Source: Acidimicrobiia bacterium (GTDB taxonomy: Bacteria; Actinomycetota; Acidimicrobiia; IMCC26256; DASPTH01). Taken from it: 59,916 nucleotides of DNA. The position numbers and the translations under genes are program-made. The notes beneath the pieces are model-generated. The model made no database searches. It was not told the DNA's origin and saw only the letters and a program-made list of their open reading frames with translations. The DNA lies in contig DATBBL010000273.1 in NCBI GenBank assembly GCA_036271015.1, forward strand, positions 1 through 59,916, read 5' to 3'. Below, piece after piece: positions 8,415 to 16,517 of this stretch. Position 1 is the stretch's first letter; each line of letters begins with the position of its first letter.

Positions 8415-9955
8415 GCCTGGTCGCGCTCCCGGCCGAGGCGCCATGGCGCACGATGGTCGAGCTCTTCGAAGCGGTCGCCGACCGGCGCACCCAACCCGCG
8501 CTGAGCGCGTCCTCGTCCGCCGGGGGGACCGTGCACCTCGGGGGCGAAGCGCTCACGGACGTCGTCGCCCGCAGCGCGGCCCTGCTCGTCGGCGCGGGCG
8601 CCGGCCCGGGCGCGTCGGTCGGGATCCACCTCGACAACGCGTCGGGGTTGGAGGCGCTCGTGTTGCACTGGGCGGTCCAGTGGTCGGGCGGAGTGGCGGT
8701 GCCGCTCGGCACGCGGCTCGCACTTCCCGAGATCGAGTACATCGTCGGCCACGCGGGCCTCTCCCTCATCTGTTCGGGCGGCGACCACCTCGGTCTCGCG
8801 CGAGCCGCCAGTGACTCCACGCACGCGCGCGTCCTCGACGTGACCGCCGGCCTGTCCGAGCTGATCGCCACCCTTGCGCCCAGCGACAGTGCCGACGTCT
8901 CGGAACACGATGTCGCCGACATCCTGTACACGTCGGGGACCACCGGGCGGCCGAAGGGCGTCGAGCTGACGCATGCCAACAACGTCGCCGCGGGCATCGA
9001 GTTGGCGCGCGCCATGGAACTCACCGAGGGTGACGTCTTCCAGAGCGCCATTCCGTACTTCACGTCTACCGGCGTGCACACGAATCCCCTCGCGTGCTTG
9101 GCCGCGGGGTCACATCTCGTGCTCGAGCCCGAGTTCGACCAGCACCGCACCCTGCCGGTCGCCGATGTCTTCCGCTCGACGGTGTACCTCGGGGCACCGT
9201 CGATGCTCACGCTGTTGCTGCGCGACGCCGACCTCAGTCACCGCCCGGCGTCCTTGCGGCACCTGGTGTTCGGCGGTTCCGTCATGACCGCCACCATGCT
9301 CGAATGGCTGGCCGCCGCGTTTCCGGGGTGCGCGCTCACAAACCTCTACGGGCAGACGGAGGCCGGACCCGGCGGCACGGTCTGCAAGCCGGAGCACATC
9401 CTGGCCAAGGCCGGTTCGATCGGCAACCAGGGCTTTGGCCCATGGACATCGTTCGCGGTGCACGACGACGAGGGCCGTCGGGCGCAGCCGGGTGTGCTCG
9501 GCGAGATCGTGCTGCGGTCGCCGGCGGTCATGCGCGGCTACCACGACGACGCGGTCGAGACCGCGACGGCGCTCGCCGGCGGTTGGCTTCACACCGGCGA
9601 CGTCGGCTTCGTCGACGAGGACGGGTTCCTCTTCTACGCCGACCGCCGGAAGGACCTCGTCATTCGGGGCGGGATGAACATCGCGTCGGCGGAGGTGGAA
9701 GCCGTCTTGATGACCTACCCGGGCGTCGCCGACGTGGCCGTGATCGGGGTGGCGCACGATGTCCTCGGCGAGGATCTGGTCGCGGTGCTCGTCGCTCCGG
9801 ACGGCATCGACTCCGACGACCTGTTCGCACACGCCCGCACCCGCCTCGCCGACTACAAGACCCCGCGACGAGCGGTCATCGTGGACGAGCTGCCCCGCAA
9901 CAGCATGGGGAAGGTGCTGAAGCGACAGCTGCGCGACCAGTTGGGTCAGGAATGA
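8411..9955 (+). CDS. AMP-dependent acyl-CoA synthetase/ligase
   Basis: ATG 8411 overlaps the upstream stop (ATGA). Motifs YTSGTTGRPKGV, LYGQTE, WLHTGDVG, DRRKDLVIRGGMNI, GKVLK. Confidence 0.9.
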   Translation: MSLVALPAEAPWRTMVELFEAVADRRTQPALSASSSAGGTVHLGGEALTDVVARSAALLVGAGAGPGASVGIHLDNASGLEALVLHWAVQWSGGVAVPLGTRLALPEIEYIVGHAGLSLICSGGDHLGLARAASDSTHARVLDVTAGLSELIATLAPSDSADVSEHDVADILYTSGTTGRPKGVELTHANNVAAGIELARAMELTEGDVFQSAIPYFTSTGVHTNPLACLAAGSHLVLEPEFDQHRTLPVADVFRSTVYLGAPSMLTLLLRDADLSHRPASLRHLVFGGSVMTATMLEWLAAAFPGCALTNLYGQTEAGPGGTVCKPEHILAKAGSIGNQGFGPWTSFAVHDDEGRRAQPGVLGEIVLRSPAVMRGYHDDAVETATALAGGWLHTGDVGFVDEDGFLFYADRRKDLVIRGGMNIASAEVEAVLMTYPGVADVAVIGVAHDVLGEDLVAVLVAPDGIDSDDLFAHARTRLADYKTPRRAVIVDELPRNSMGKVLKRQLRDQLGQE

Positions 9956-11556
9956 CAGCGTCCGATCCACCGGCCCACGGACTCCTGCCGTCCGCGCGCC
10001 GCCCGCAGCTCCCGGTCGGAGCGCAGTCGGTCCCCGACGCGCTGGCGTCCGCGGTGGCCCGGGGACCGGACCGCGAGGCCCTCGTCGGACGGTTCTGCCG
10101 TTCCACGTACCGTGCGCTCGACGACCAGGTACGGCGCGCGGCCGCCGCGCTGGTTGCGGCCGGCGTCCAGCCCGGTGACCGGATCGCCGGGTGCATGGGG
10201 AACCACACCGAGCTGGTCGTCGCGTTCCTCGCCACCATGCACCTCGGCGCGGTGTGGGTGGGCGTGAATCGTGCGCTCACCCGGCCCGAGCAGGAGTACG
10301 TGCTCCACGACGCCGGGGTCTCGGTGTTCGTCGGCGACCGCGCCGCGGCGAGCAACATCGAGGCGGCCCGTCACGCGCTCCCCGCGCTGCGGGTCGTGCT
10401 CGACGCCGAGCCCGGCAACCCGTCGAGCGCATGGGCCGGGCTGCTGTCGGCGTCCGATCCGGCCACCGCACCCGAGGTGGCCGTCGATCCCTTCGCGCCG
10501 GCCGCGATCGCGTACACCAGCGGGACCACCGGACGGCCCAAGGGGGTGGTACACAGTCAGCACAACCTGCTGCTCGTCGGCGCGGTGGCCATGGTGCACC
10601 GACCCTTCCCCGACGACCGCCTCGGCGTGGTGCTGCCGCTCACCATCCTGAACCTGATGGTGCTCGGACCGGTGAGCACGCTGCAGGGAGGCGCCTGCGT
10701 CGTGTGCATCGACCGCGTCGACCCGGTGGGCCTGGCGACGTGGATCCGCGACGAACGCGTGGGCACGATGTCGGCGGTTCCCGCCATGATCCACGACCTG
10801 CTCACCCATCCCGAGGTCGCGCCCTCCGACCTGGCGTCGCTCGTCCGTCCAGGGTGCGGTGGGGGTGCGACCCCGGAGAGCTTCCGTCGGCTCTACGAGG
10901 AGCGCTTCGGCGCGCGGCTCACGACGGGGTACGGCCTCACCGAGGCCCCGACCGCGGTCACCGTCGAAGATCCCTTGCAGCCACCGATGCCCGGGGCGTC
11001 CGGCCGCGCGCTGCCGCACCTGTCGGTGACGGTGCGCGCCGACGACGGCAGCGCCGTGGCGGCCGGCACGGTGGGCGAAGTGTGCGTCGGCCCGGCCGAC
11101 GACGGCCTGTTCGCGGGCGCGTACACCCCGATGCTCGGCTACTGGAACCGGCCCGACGCGACCGCGGAGGCGCTCCGCGACGGCGTCCTCCACACCGGCG
11201 ACCTCGGCTACCTCACGGCCGCCGGCGACCTGGTGATCACCGACCGCAAAGGCGACCTGATCGTGCGCGGTGGGGCCAACGTGTACCCCGCCGAGGTCGA
11301 GCGCGTGTTGCACGAGGAACCACGGGTCGCGGGGTGCGCGGTCGTCGGGGTACCCGACGAACGACTCGGCGAACGGGTCGTCGCGGCGGTCGTCGTCGAG
11401 GGCGATCAGAGCCTCACCGCCGAGGACCTCCGCAACCACTGCGCCCGCTCGTTGGCGCGCTACAAGGTGCCCGAGCGCTTCCTGTTCGTCGCCGAGCTCC
11501 CGCGGAACGCGATGGGCAAGGTGGTCAAGCGCCTCGTCGTCCCCTGGTTCGGCTGA
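9952..11556 (+). CDS. AMP-dependent acyl-CoA synthetase/ligase
   Basis: ATG 9952 overlaps the upstream stop (ATGA). Motifs YTSGTTGRPKGV, GYGLTE, VLHTGDLG, DRKGDLIVRGGANVYPAEVE, GKVVK. Confidence 0.9.
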   Translation: MTASDPPAHGLLPSARRPQLPVGAQSVPDALASAVARGPDREALVGRFCRSTYRALDDQVRRAAAALVAAGVQPGDRIAGCMGNHTELVVAFLATMHLGAVWVGVNRALTRPEQEYVLHDAGVSVFVGDRAAASNIEAARHALPALRVVLDAEPGNPSSAWAGLLSASDPATAPEVAVDPFAPAAIAYTSGTTGRPKGVVHSQHNLLLVGAVAMVHRPFPDDRLGVVLPLTILNLMVLGPVSTLQGGACVVCIDRVDPVGLATWIRDERVGTMSAVPAMIHDLLTHPEVAPSDLASLVRPGCGGGATPESFRRLYEERFGARLTTGYGLTEAPTAVTVEDPLQPPMPGASGRALPHLSVTVRADDGSAVAAGTVGEVCVGPADDGLFAGAYTPMLGYWNRPDATAEALRDGVLHTGDLGYLTAAGDLVITDRKGDLIVRGGANVYPAEVERVLHEEPRVAGCAVVGVPDERLGERVVAAVVVEGDQSLTAEDLRNHCARSLARYKVPERFLFVAELPRNAMGKVVKRLVVPWFG

Positions 11557-11595
11557 CACATCCCCGTCGCTCGCGTCCGCTCACTCCATCGCAAC

Positions 11596-11623
11596 GGCGA
11601 GACGGGTGAAGCCCGCTCTCGCC
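11596..11623. terminator. GC-rich hairpin between convergent genes (candidate bidirectional terminator)
   Basis: GGCGAGACGGG-tgaag-CCCG(C)TCTCGCC: an 11-bp stem with one bulged C. It lies in the 76-bp gap between the ligase stop (11556) and the kinase stop (11633). No clear U-tract. Confidence 0.4.
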
Positions 11624-11632
11624 TGAGCGCGT

Positions 11633-12955
11633 TCACCGCTCGGGCCACAACGCGACGGCACGCGCGGCCCGGCGCGCGAGGTAGGTGAGGACGTCGTGGT
11701 CGCCACCCGTACCCGCGGTGTCGACCAGACGACCCAGGGCCTCATCGTCGGCGTCGTGTTCTCCGGGGCCGAGCAACCGCTCGAGATCCTCGCGCTCCGC
11801 GTCGGCGACCGCGCTCCCGATCGCGTCGACGGCCCGGAAGTGGCGCAGCAGCGTCGCCGCGCTCCGGGCTCGGAGCTTCACCACCGGATCGCCCAACCGA
11901 GGGACCACCCCGGTCTCGAGGTCGTCGAGCGCACGGTCGTACAACGCAGTCTCCGGGGCCAGCGATCGGTCGAACCGGGGTGGCGCGGGCAGCCCGACAT
12001 CGAGCGCCCGCCCGAGGGCGAGGATGATCCGCTGCAGGAACTGCCGGTGCGCGACCAGGTACCCGGCCAGTCCGACCGCACCCCCGCCTCTCGCGATGGT
12101 GCGCGCGGTCGAGATGGCGCAGCGCACCTGCACGAGCACTCCGTAGTAGTCGAGCGCAGCCCGGTCGACCGTGACGCCGGTGCGCGACTCGAAGTGCGCC
12201 GCCAGTGCGTCGAAGGCCGGCGCCCCGGCGACCCGAGCCAACCGGTACTCCACCCACGCGAGATCGTCCATGGGGTCGCCGACATGGGCGAACTCCCAGT
12301 CCACGAGCCCTGTCACCCGGCCGCCGTCGACGACGAAGTTGCCGGGCCCGGTGTCGCCCTGGACGAGGACGGTGCGCGCCACCGCGGCCGGCGGGTGCCG
12401 GCGCAGCCAGGCGAGCGCGTAGACGATCTCCGGGTCCACGGGTGCTCGCACCTCGTCGAGGAGCGCGGTCCACAGGGCGACGTCCGCGAGGGCGTGGTCG
12501 GCGGCATCGGCCGGCCGCGGGAAGCCGTCGAGCGCCAACCGGTCGACATCGACCGCGTGCAGTTCCGCGAGCGCGTCGATGAAGTCGAAGAGCGCCGACG
12601 TGCGTTCGTCATCGCTGAGCCGCCACAGGTCGGCGGTGCCCGGGGCGCGTTCGATCAGCAGCGCCTGCCCGTCGTCGGTGGCGGCGTGGAGACGCGGCAC
12701 GCGGACCGCGGTGTCACGCAGTGCCCGGTAGACCACGCCTTCGCGCGCCAGCGACAGCTCCGATCCGGAGAAGGCGCCGGCTCCGCTCTCGTGCCGGAGC
12801 ACCAGCGCGGTGCCCACTCCTGCACGTTCGACGTCGACGAACCAAGTGATTCGGGATCCGCCGCCGAACACCCGGCGCGCGTCGACGACCGTCCCACCGG
12901 TCTGCGCCTGTATCCACTGCACGAGACCGGGGTCGAGGTCCACGCGACGCAGCAT
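11633..12955 (-). CDS. Phosphotransferase (APH/choline-kinase fold) family protein, FadE36-like
   Basis: ATG at 12955 (residue 256 of the 695-aa ORF 11633..13720; the upstream part is Arg/Gly-rich antisense noise). Kinase-fold motifs LVQGDTGPGNFVV (catalytic loop) and GLVDWEFAHVGDPMDDLAW. Confidence 0.8.
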   Translation of the reverse strand: MLRRVDLDPGLVQWIQAQTGGTVVDARRVFGGGSRITWFVDVERAGVGTALVLRHESGAGAFSGSELSLAREGVVYRALRDTAVRVPRLHAATDDGQALLIERAPGTADLWRLSDDERTSALFDFIDALAELHAVDVDRLALDGFPRPADAADHALADVALWTALLDEVRAPVDPEIVYALAWLRRHPPAAVARTVLVQGDTGPGNFVVDGGRVTGLVDWEFAHVGDPMDDLAWVEYRLARVAGAPAFDALAAHFESRTGVTVDRAALDYYGVLVQVRCAISTARTIARGGGAVGLAGYLVAHRQFLQRIILALGRALDVGLPAPPRFDRSLAPETALYDRALDDLETGVVPRLGDPVVKLRARSAATLLRHFRAVDAIGSAVADAEREDLERLLGPGEHDADDEALGRLVDTAGTGGDHDVLTYLARRAARAVALWPER

Positions 12956-12979
12956 CGCGCACAGGGCTACGTTGAGGCG

Positions 12980-13786
12980 ATGAGCGAAGCTGGACGCGTC
13001 GCCGATCGGGCCTTCCTGGGTCTCACGGTCACCGAAGGCGGCCTCGGCGCCGCCGAGGTCACGCACGAGCTCATGAGCCCACGCGGCTCCTTCTATGGTG
13101 GCGCCGGCCTCGCGTTGGCCTGCGCCATGATGGAGCACGCCACCGCGCGCTCCGCCGTCTGGTGCACGGTCCAGTTCGTGAGCGGCGCGGCATTCGGCGA
13201 CCGCCTCGAGCTCTCCAGCGACGTCCCCGCGCACGGGCACCGCACGTCGCAGGCGCGCGTCGTCGGCCGCGTCGACGGCCGGGAGGTCTTCACCGCCGTC
13301 GGTGCGACCGGCGCCGAAGGCGGCCGCATCACCCAGACGTTCGCGACGATGCCCGACGTCAGCTCGGTGGACGACTCCGTGCCCATCACCTGGAGCTTCG
13401 ACACCGAGGTCGCGGAGACGCACTTCGGCACCACCGAACTCCGCGAGGCCGTCGTGCACGGCGGCACCGAGGGAAGCACGACGCCGGGCATGGCGCTGTG
13501 GGCGCGGATCGGCCGCACCTCGGCCTGGACACCCGCGCTGCTCGCCTACGTCGCCGACCTGGTCCCGATGTCGATCCACCGCGCACTGGGAGGCCGCCGA
13601 CCTGGTGGCATGAGCCTCGACAACTCCATCCGCATCGGTCCTCGGATCGACAGCGAGTGGGTGCTGCTCGCGCTCCACCCGGAGGCCGCCAACGACGGCT
13701 ACGGGCACGGCCGCGTCCACCTGTGGTCACCCGACGGCACGCTCGCCGGCGTCGCCGGCCAGACGTTCGCCTTCCGTTCGGCATGA
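12980..13786 (+). CDS. Acyl-CoA thioesterase, TesB-like double hotdog
   Basis: ATG 12980 inside ORF 11696..13786. Two hotdog-like halves: GGAGLALACAMMEHAT...VQFVSG...HGHRTSQARVVG, and LLAYVADLVP...MSLDNSIRI...EWVLLALHPEAANDGYGHGRVHLWSPDGTLAGVAGQTFAFR. Confidence 0.7.
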   Translation: MSEAGRVADRAFLGLTVTEGGLGAAEVTHELMSPRGSFYGGAGLALACAMMEHATARSAVWCTVQFVSGAAFGDRLELSSDVPAHGHRTSQARVVGRVDGREVFTAVGATGAEGGRITQTFATMPDVSSVDDSVPITWSFDTEVAETHFGTTELREAVVHGGTEGSTTPGMALWARIGRTSAWTPALLAYVADLVPMSIHRALGGRRPGGMSLDNSIRIGPRIDSEWVLLALHPEAANDGYGHGRVHLWSPDGTLAGVAGQTFAFRSA

Positions 13787-14730
13787 TCGACGACAGCTGC
13801 GTCGACCTGCTCACGGCGGCGGACGACGGTTTCCACCCGCCCGGCGACGACCCGTGGTTCTTCGAGTCGAGCTGGTGGTCGTTCTACGTGCCCGAGCGCG
13901 ACCTCGGCGCGTGGATCTACCACTGGGTACGGCCGAACCAGTCGACGCAGGGCGGCGGTTGCTGGATCTACGACGCCACCACACCCTTCCACCTCGAGGT
14001 GCCGTACTACGCGTGCTACGAGAACCTGCCCTTCGATGCAGGGGTCGACCTGCGCGACATCACGTTCGCCAGCGGCGTCTCGATGCAGACGGTCGAGCCG
14101 CTGCAGCGCTACCGCCTCCGGTTCGCCGATCGCGATCTCATCGCCTTCGATCTCGACTTCGCAGCCACCATGCCGCCGTGGACGGTCGCCGACGGACACC
14201 TCGACCAGATGATGCACGTGACGGGTCAGCTCTTGCTCCACGGGGAGGCCGTCGCCGTCGACAGCATCGCCATGCGCGACCGCAGTTGGTCGCGTCGGCC
14301 GGAGCGCTGGAAGGACGGCCACATCGGATACTGCAGCGCGGGGACGACCGACGTCGCGTTCCTCGCGAACTCGGCGGCCGGGATGCGGGGCGAGACTCGC
14401 GATCGGGTCCGCGCCGGCTTTTACCTGCGTGACGGCCGCCGGGCGGCGATCCTCGACGGCGAGCGCGTGCTCGAACGCGATCCCGATCACGGCTACCTCC
14501 AGCGCATCACGGTCGACGCCGACGACGCCGCCGGGCGCCGCCTCCACGCGCACGGCGAGGCGCGCAGCCGGATGGCGATGCCCGTCCCCGGCGTCCACGG
14601 GGTCTGCTGGACGAGCCTCGTGCACTGGGACATCGATGGGGTCGACGCGTGGGGTGACGACCAGGACGCGTGGCCGGTGCACGGGTGGGCGGCGCTCCGG
14701 CGGACCCAGCGTGCCGAGGCGGCCCGATGA
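13783..14730 (+). CDS. Conserved hypothetical protein, function unknown (possibly an AttH/CrtC-like beta-barrel fold)
   Basis: ATG 13783 overlaps the upstream stop (ATGA), and its own stop overlaps the next start. 315 aa with strongly GC3-biased codons. The N-terminal DDPWFFESSWWSFYVPE and several conserved Trp are reminiscent of E-W-W-Y lipocalin-like hydratase families, but that assignment is a guess. Confidence 0.6.
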   Translation: MIDDSCVDLLTAADDGFHPPGDDPWFFESSWWSFYVPERDLGAWIYHWVRPNQSTQGGGCWIYDATTPFHLEVPYYACYENLPFDAGVDLRDITFASGVSMQTVEPLQRYRLRFADRDLIAFDLDFAATMPPWTVADGHLDQMMHVTGQLLLHGEAVAVDSIAMRDRSWSRRPERWKDGHIGYCSAGTTDVAFLANSAAGMRGETRDRVRAGFYLRDGRRAAILDGERVLERDPDHGYLQRITVDADDAAGRRLHAHGEARSRMAMPVPGVHGVCWTSLVHWDIDGVDAWGDDQDAWPVHGWAALRRTQRAEAAR

Positions 14731-15500
14731 CCGTCACCGTCGAAATCGCGGACCACGTCGCGGTCGTGACCCTCGATCGCCCGCCGGTCAACGCGGTCGA
14801 CCACGCCACCCTCGGCGAGCTCGCCGACGCGTTCATCGGCCTGGGCAACGATCGGGACGTCCGGGCCGTGATCTTCACCGCCGCCGGAGACCGCGCCTTC
14901 ATGGCCGGTCTCGACCTGCGCGCCCAGGCCCCGGACGCCGACGACTCCCCCACCCGGTTCGTGACCGATCCGGGATTGTTCGCGCGCGAGCCGATGTGGG
15001 CGATCACCGACTGCGCGGTGCCGGTCATCGGCGCGATCAACGGTCCGGCCCTCGGCGCCGGGCTGGCGTACGCCGCCTGCTGCGACATCCTCGTCGCCGC
15101 CGACACCGCGACGTTCGGGTGCACCGAGATCAACGTCGGCCTGCTCGGTGCCAGCGCGCACCTGTCGCGCCTGGTCGGGCGACACAAGGCGCGGGAGATG
15201 TTCTTCACTGGCGAGACGGTCACGGCCCTGGAGCTGCACCGCCTCGGGGTGGTGCGCGCGGTCGTACCGCACGCCGAGCTGATGGCCACTGCCCTCGAGG
15301 TGGCCACGACGATCGCCACCAAGAGCCCGATCGCGATGCGCCTCGCCAAGGAGTCGATGAACCGCGTCCAGGACTTGTCGCTGAAGGACGGCTACCGCAC
15401 CGAACAGGACTACACCGCGCGCCTGCAGCGCTTCGAGGACGCACGCGAAGCCCGCCACGCGTTCCTCGAACGACGCGACCCCGACTGGAAGTGGCGCTGA
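14727..15500 (+). CDS. Enoyl-CoA hydratase/isomerase family protein
   Basis: ATG 14727 overlaps the upstream stop (ATGA). Motifs VAVVTLDRPPVNA, AAGDRAFMAGLDL, GAINGPALGAGLAYAACCD. Confidence 0.9.
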   Translation: MTVTVEIADHVAVVTLDRPPVNAVDHATLGELADAFIGLGNDRDVRAVIFTAAGDRAFMAGLDLRAQAPDADDSPTRFVTDPGLFAREPMWAITDCAVPVIGAINGPALGAGLAYAACCDILVAADTATFGCTEINVGLLGASAHLSRLVGRHKAREMFFTGETVTALELHRLGVVRAVVPHAELMATALEVATTIATKSPIAMRLAKESMNRVQDLSLKDGYRTEQDYTARLQRFEDAREARHAFLERRDPDWKWR

Positions 15501-15509
15501 CGAGGGGAC

Positions 15510-16436
15510 CTAGCGGATTGCGATCGCGTTCGGCGGCGTCGCCACGCCGGCCGGCATGTTGAGCGGGGCCGAGGTCAGGAACGCGTCGTAGGTGCCGGTG
15601 GTGGCGCAGTCGTCGGCGAGCGCGTCGAGATCCCACAGCTCGCCCAGTGGTACCCCGAGCAGCGGGAGGATGATCGTGTGCAGGAACGGGTCACCGGGCG
15701 GTATCGGTTCGACCGCCGGGTTGTCGGCCGCCAGCGCGCTGACGTGCAGGTCCCACAACGCGCCCGGCAGATCGGCGCCGGTCAGCCCCGGCGTCTTCGG
15801 CGAGCCCGCGTGCTCGTCCCGTCCGGCGTGGTCGAGCGACCGGTACCAGGCGAGGTAGCCGGTCCGGACGAGCAGCACGTCGCCGGTCTCCACCGCCGTG
15901 CCCTGGTCGGCGAGGCACGACAGCAGGTCGTCGACCGAGATCGCGTCGGCGGTCCCCTGCGCGAGGGGCCGGCCCTGGGCCGTCCGCCACCGGTCGACGT
16001 CGGCGAGCACCGCCCGACCGACGATGCCACGCGCGGCCCAGTGCCCCACGCCGTGTTCCTCGTCGGGTACGCCGCCGTAGTGACCGTGCTCGATGTGCCC
16101 GACGTGTCGGAACCCGTCCCACTGCGACGACGACTGCGTGTTCCAGTCGTGGTAGAGGTCGTCGTGGACGATCATGCGGGTCATCCCGAAGTTCGTGACC
16201 TCGTGGCGGAACTTGGCCCGACGGAACAGCGGCGGGTCGGGCAGCGTGAGCTCGAGGTTCAGCCCGAACGTCCGGCCGGTGCGGATCGACCGCGCCGCCG
16301 CCACCACCCGCTCGGGCGTCAGCAGGTTGAGCGTGCCGAACACGTCGTGGTCGCCCCAGACGCCCCACGACGATCCGGGCGGGAGGTCGTCGCGCACCGG
16401 GAGCTCGGCATGGGTGGGAAGGGTGCGTTCGTCCAT
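15510..16436 (-). CDS. Putative cyclase / kynurenine-formamidase-like family protein
   Basis: ATG 16436 inside ORF 15510..18029. 308 aa with LNLLTPERVVAAARSIRTGRTFGLNL, SSQWDGFRHVGH and GDVLLVRTG, typical of the actinobacterial cyclase-family subgroup. Confidence 0.7.
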   Translation of the reverse strand: MDERTLPTHAELPVRDDLPPGSSWGVWGDHDVFGTLNLLTPERVVAAARSIRTGRTFGLNLELTLPDPPLFRRAKFRHEVTNFGMTRMIVHDDLYHDWNTQSSSQWDGFRHVGHIEHGHYGGVPDEEHGVGHWAARGIVGRAVLADVDRWRTAQGRPLAQGTADAISVDDLLSCLADQGTAVETGDVLLVRTGYLAWYRSLDHAGRDEHAGSPKTPGLTGADLPGALWDLHVSALAADNPAVEPIPPGDPFLHTIILPLLGVPLGELWDLDALADDCATTGTYDAFLTSAPLNMPAGVATPPNAIAIR

Positions 16437-16517
16437 GCCGGGAGCTTCGCGCGACCAGGGCGAGAAGTCCTGCGGGCGGGGATAGCTTGACCGCACCCGA
16501 GCAGTGGAGGCCGCCCC

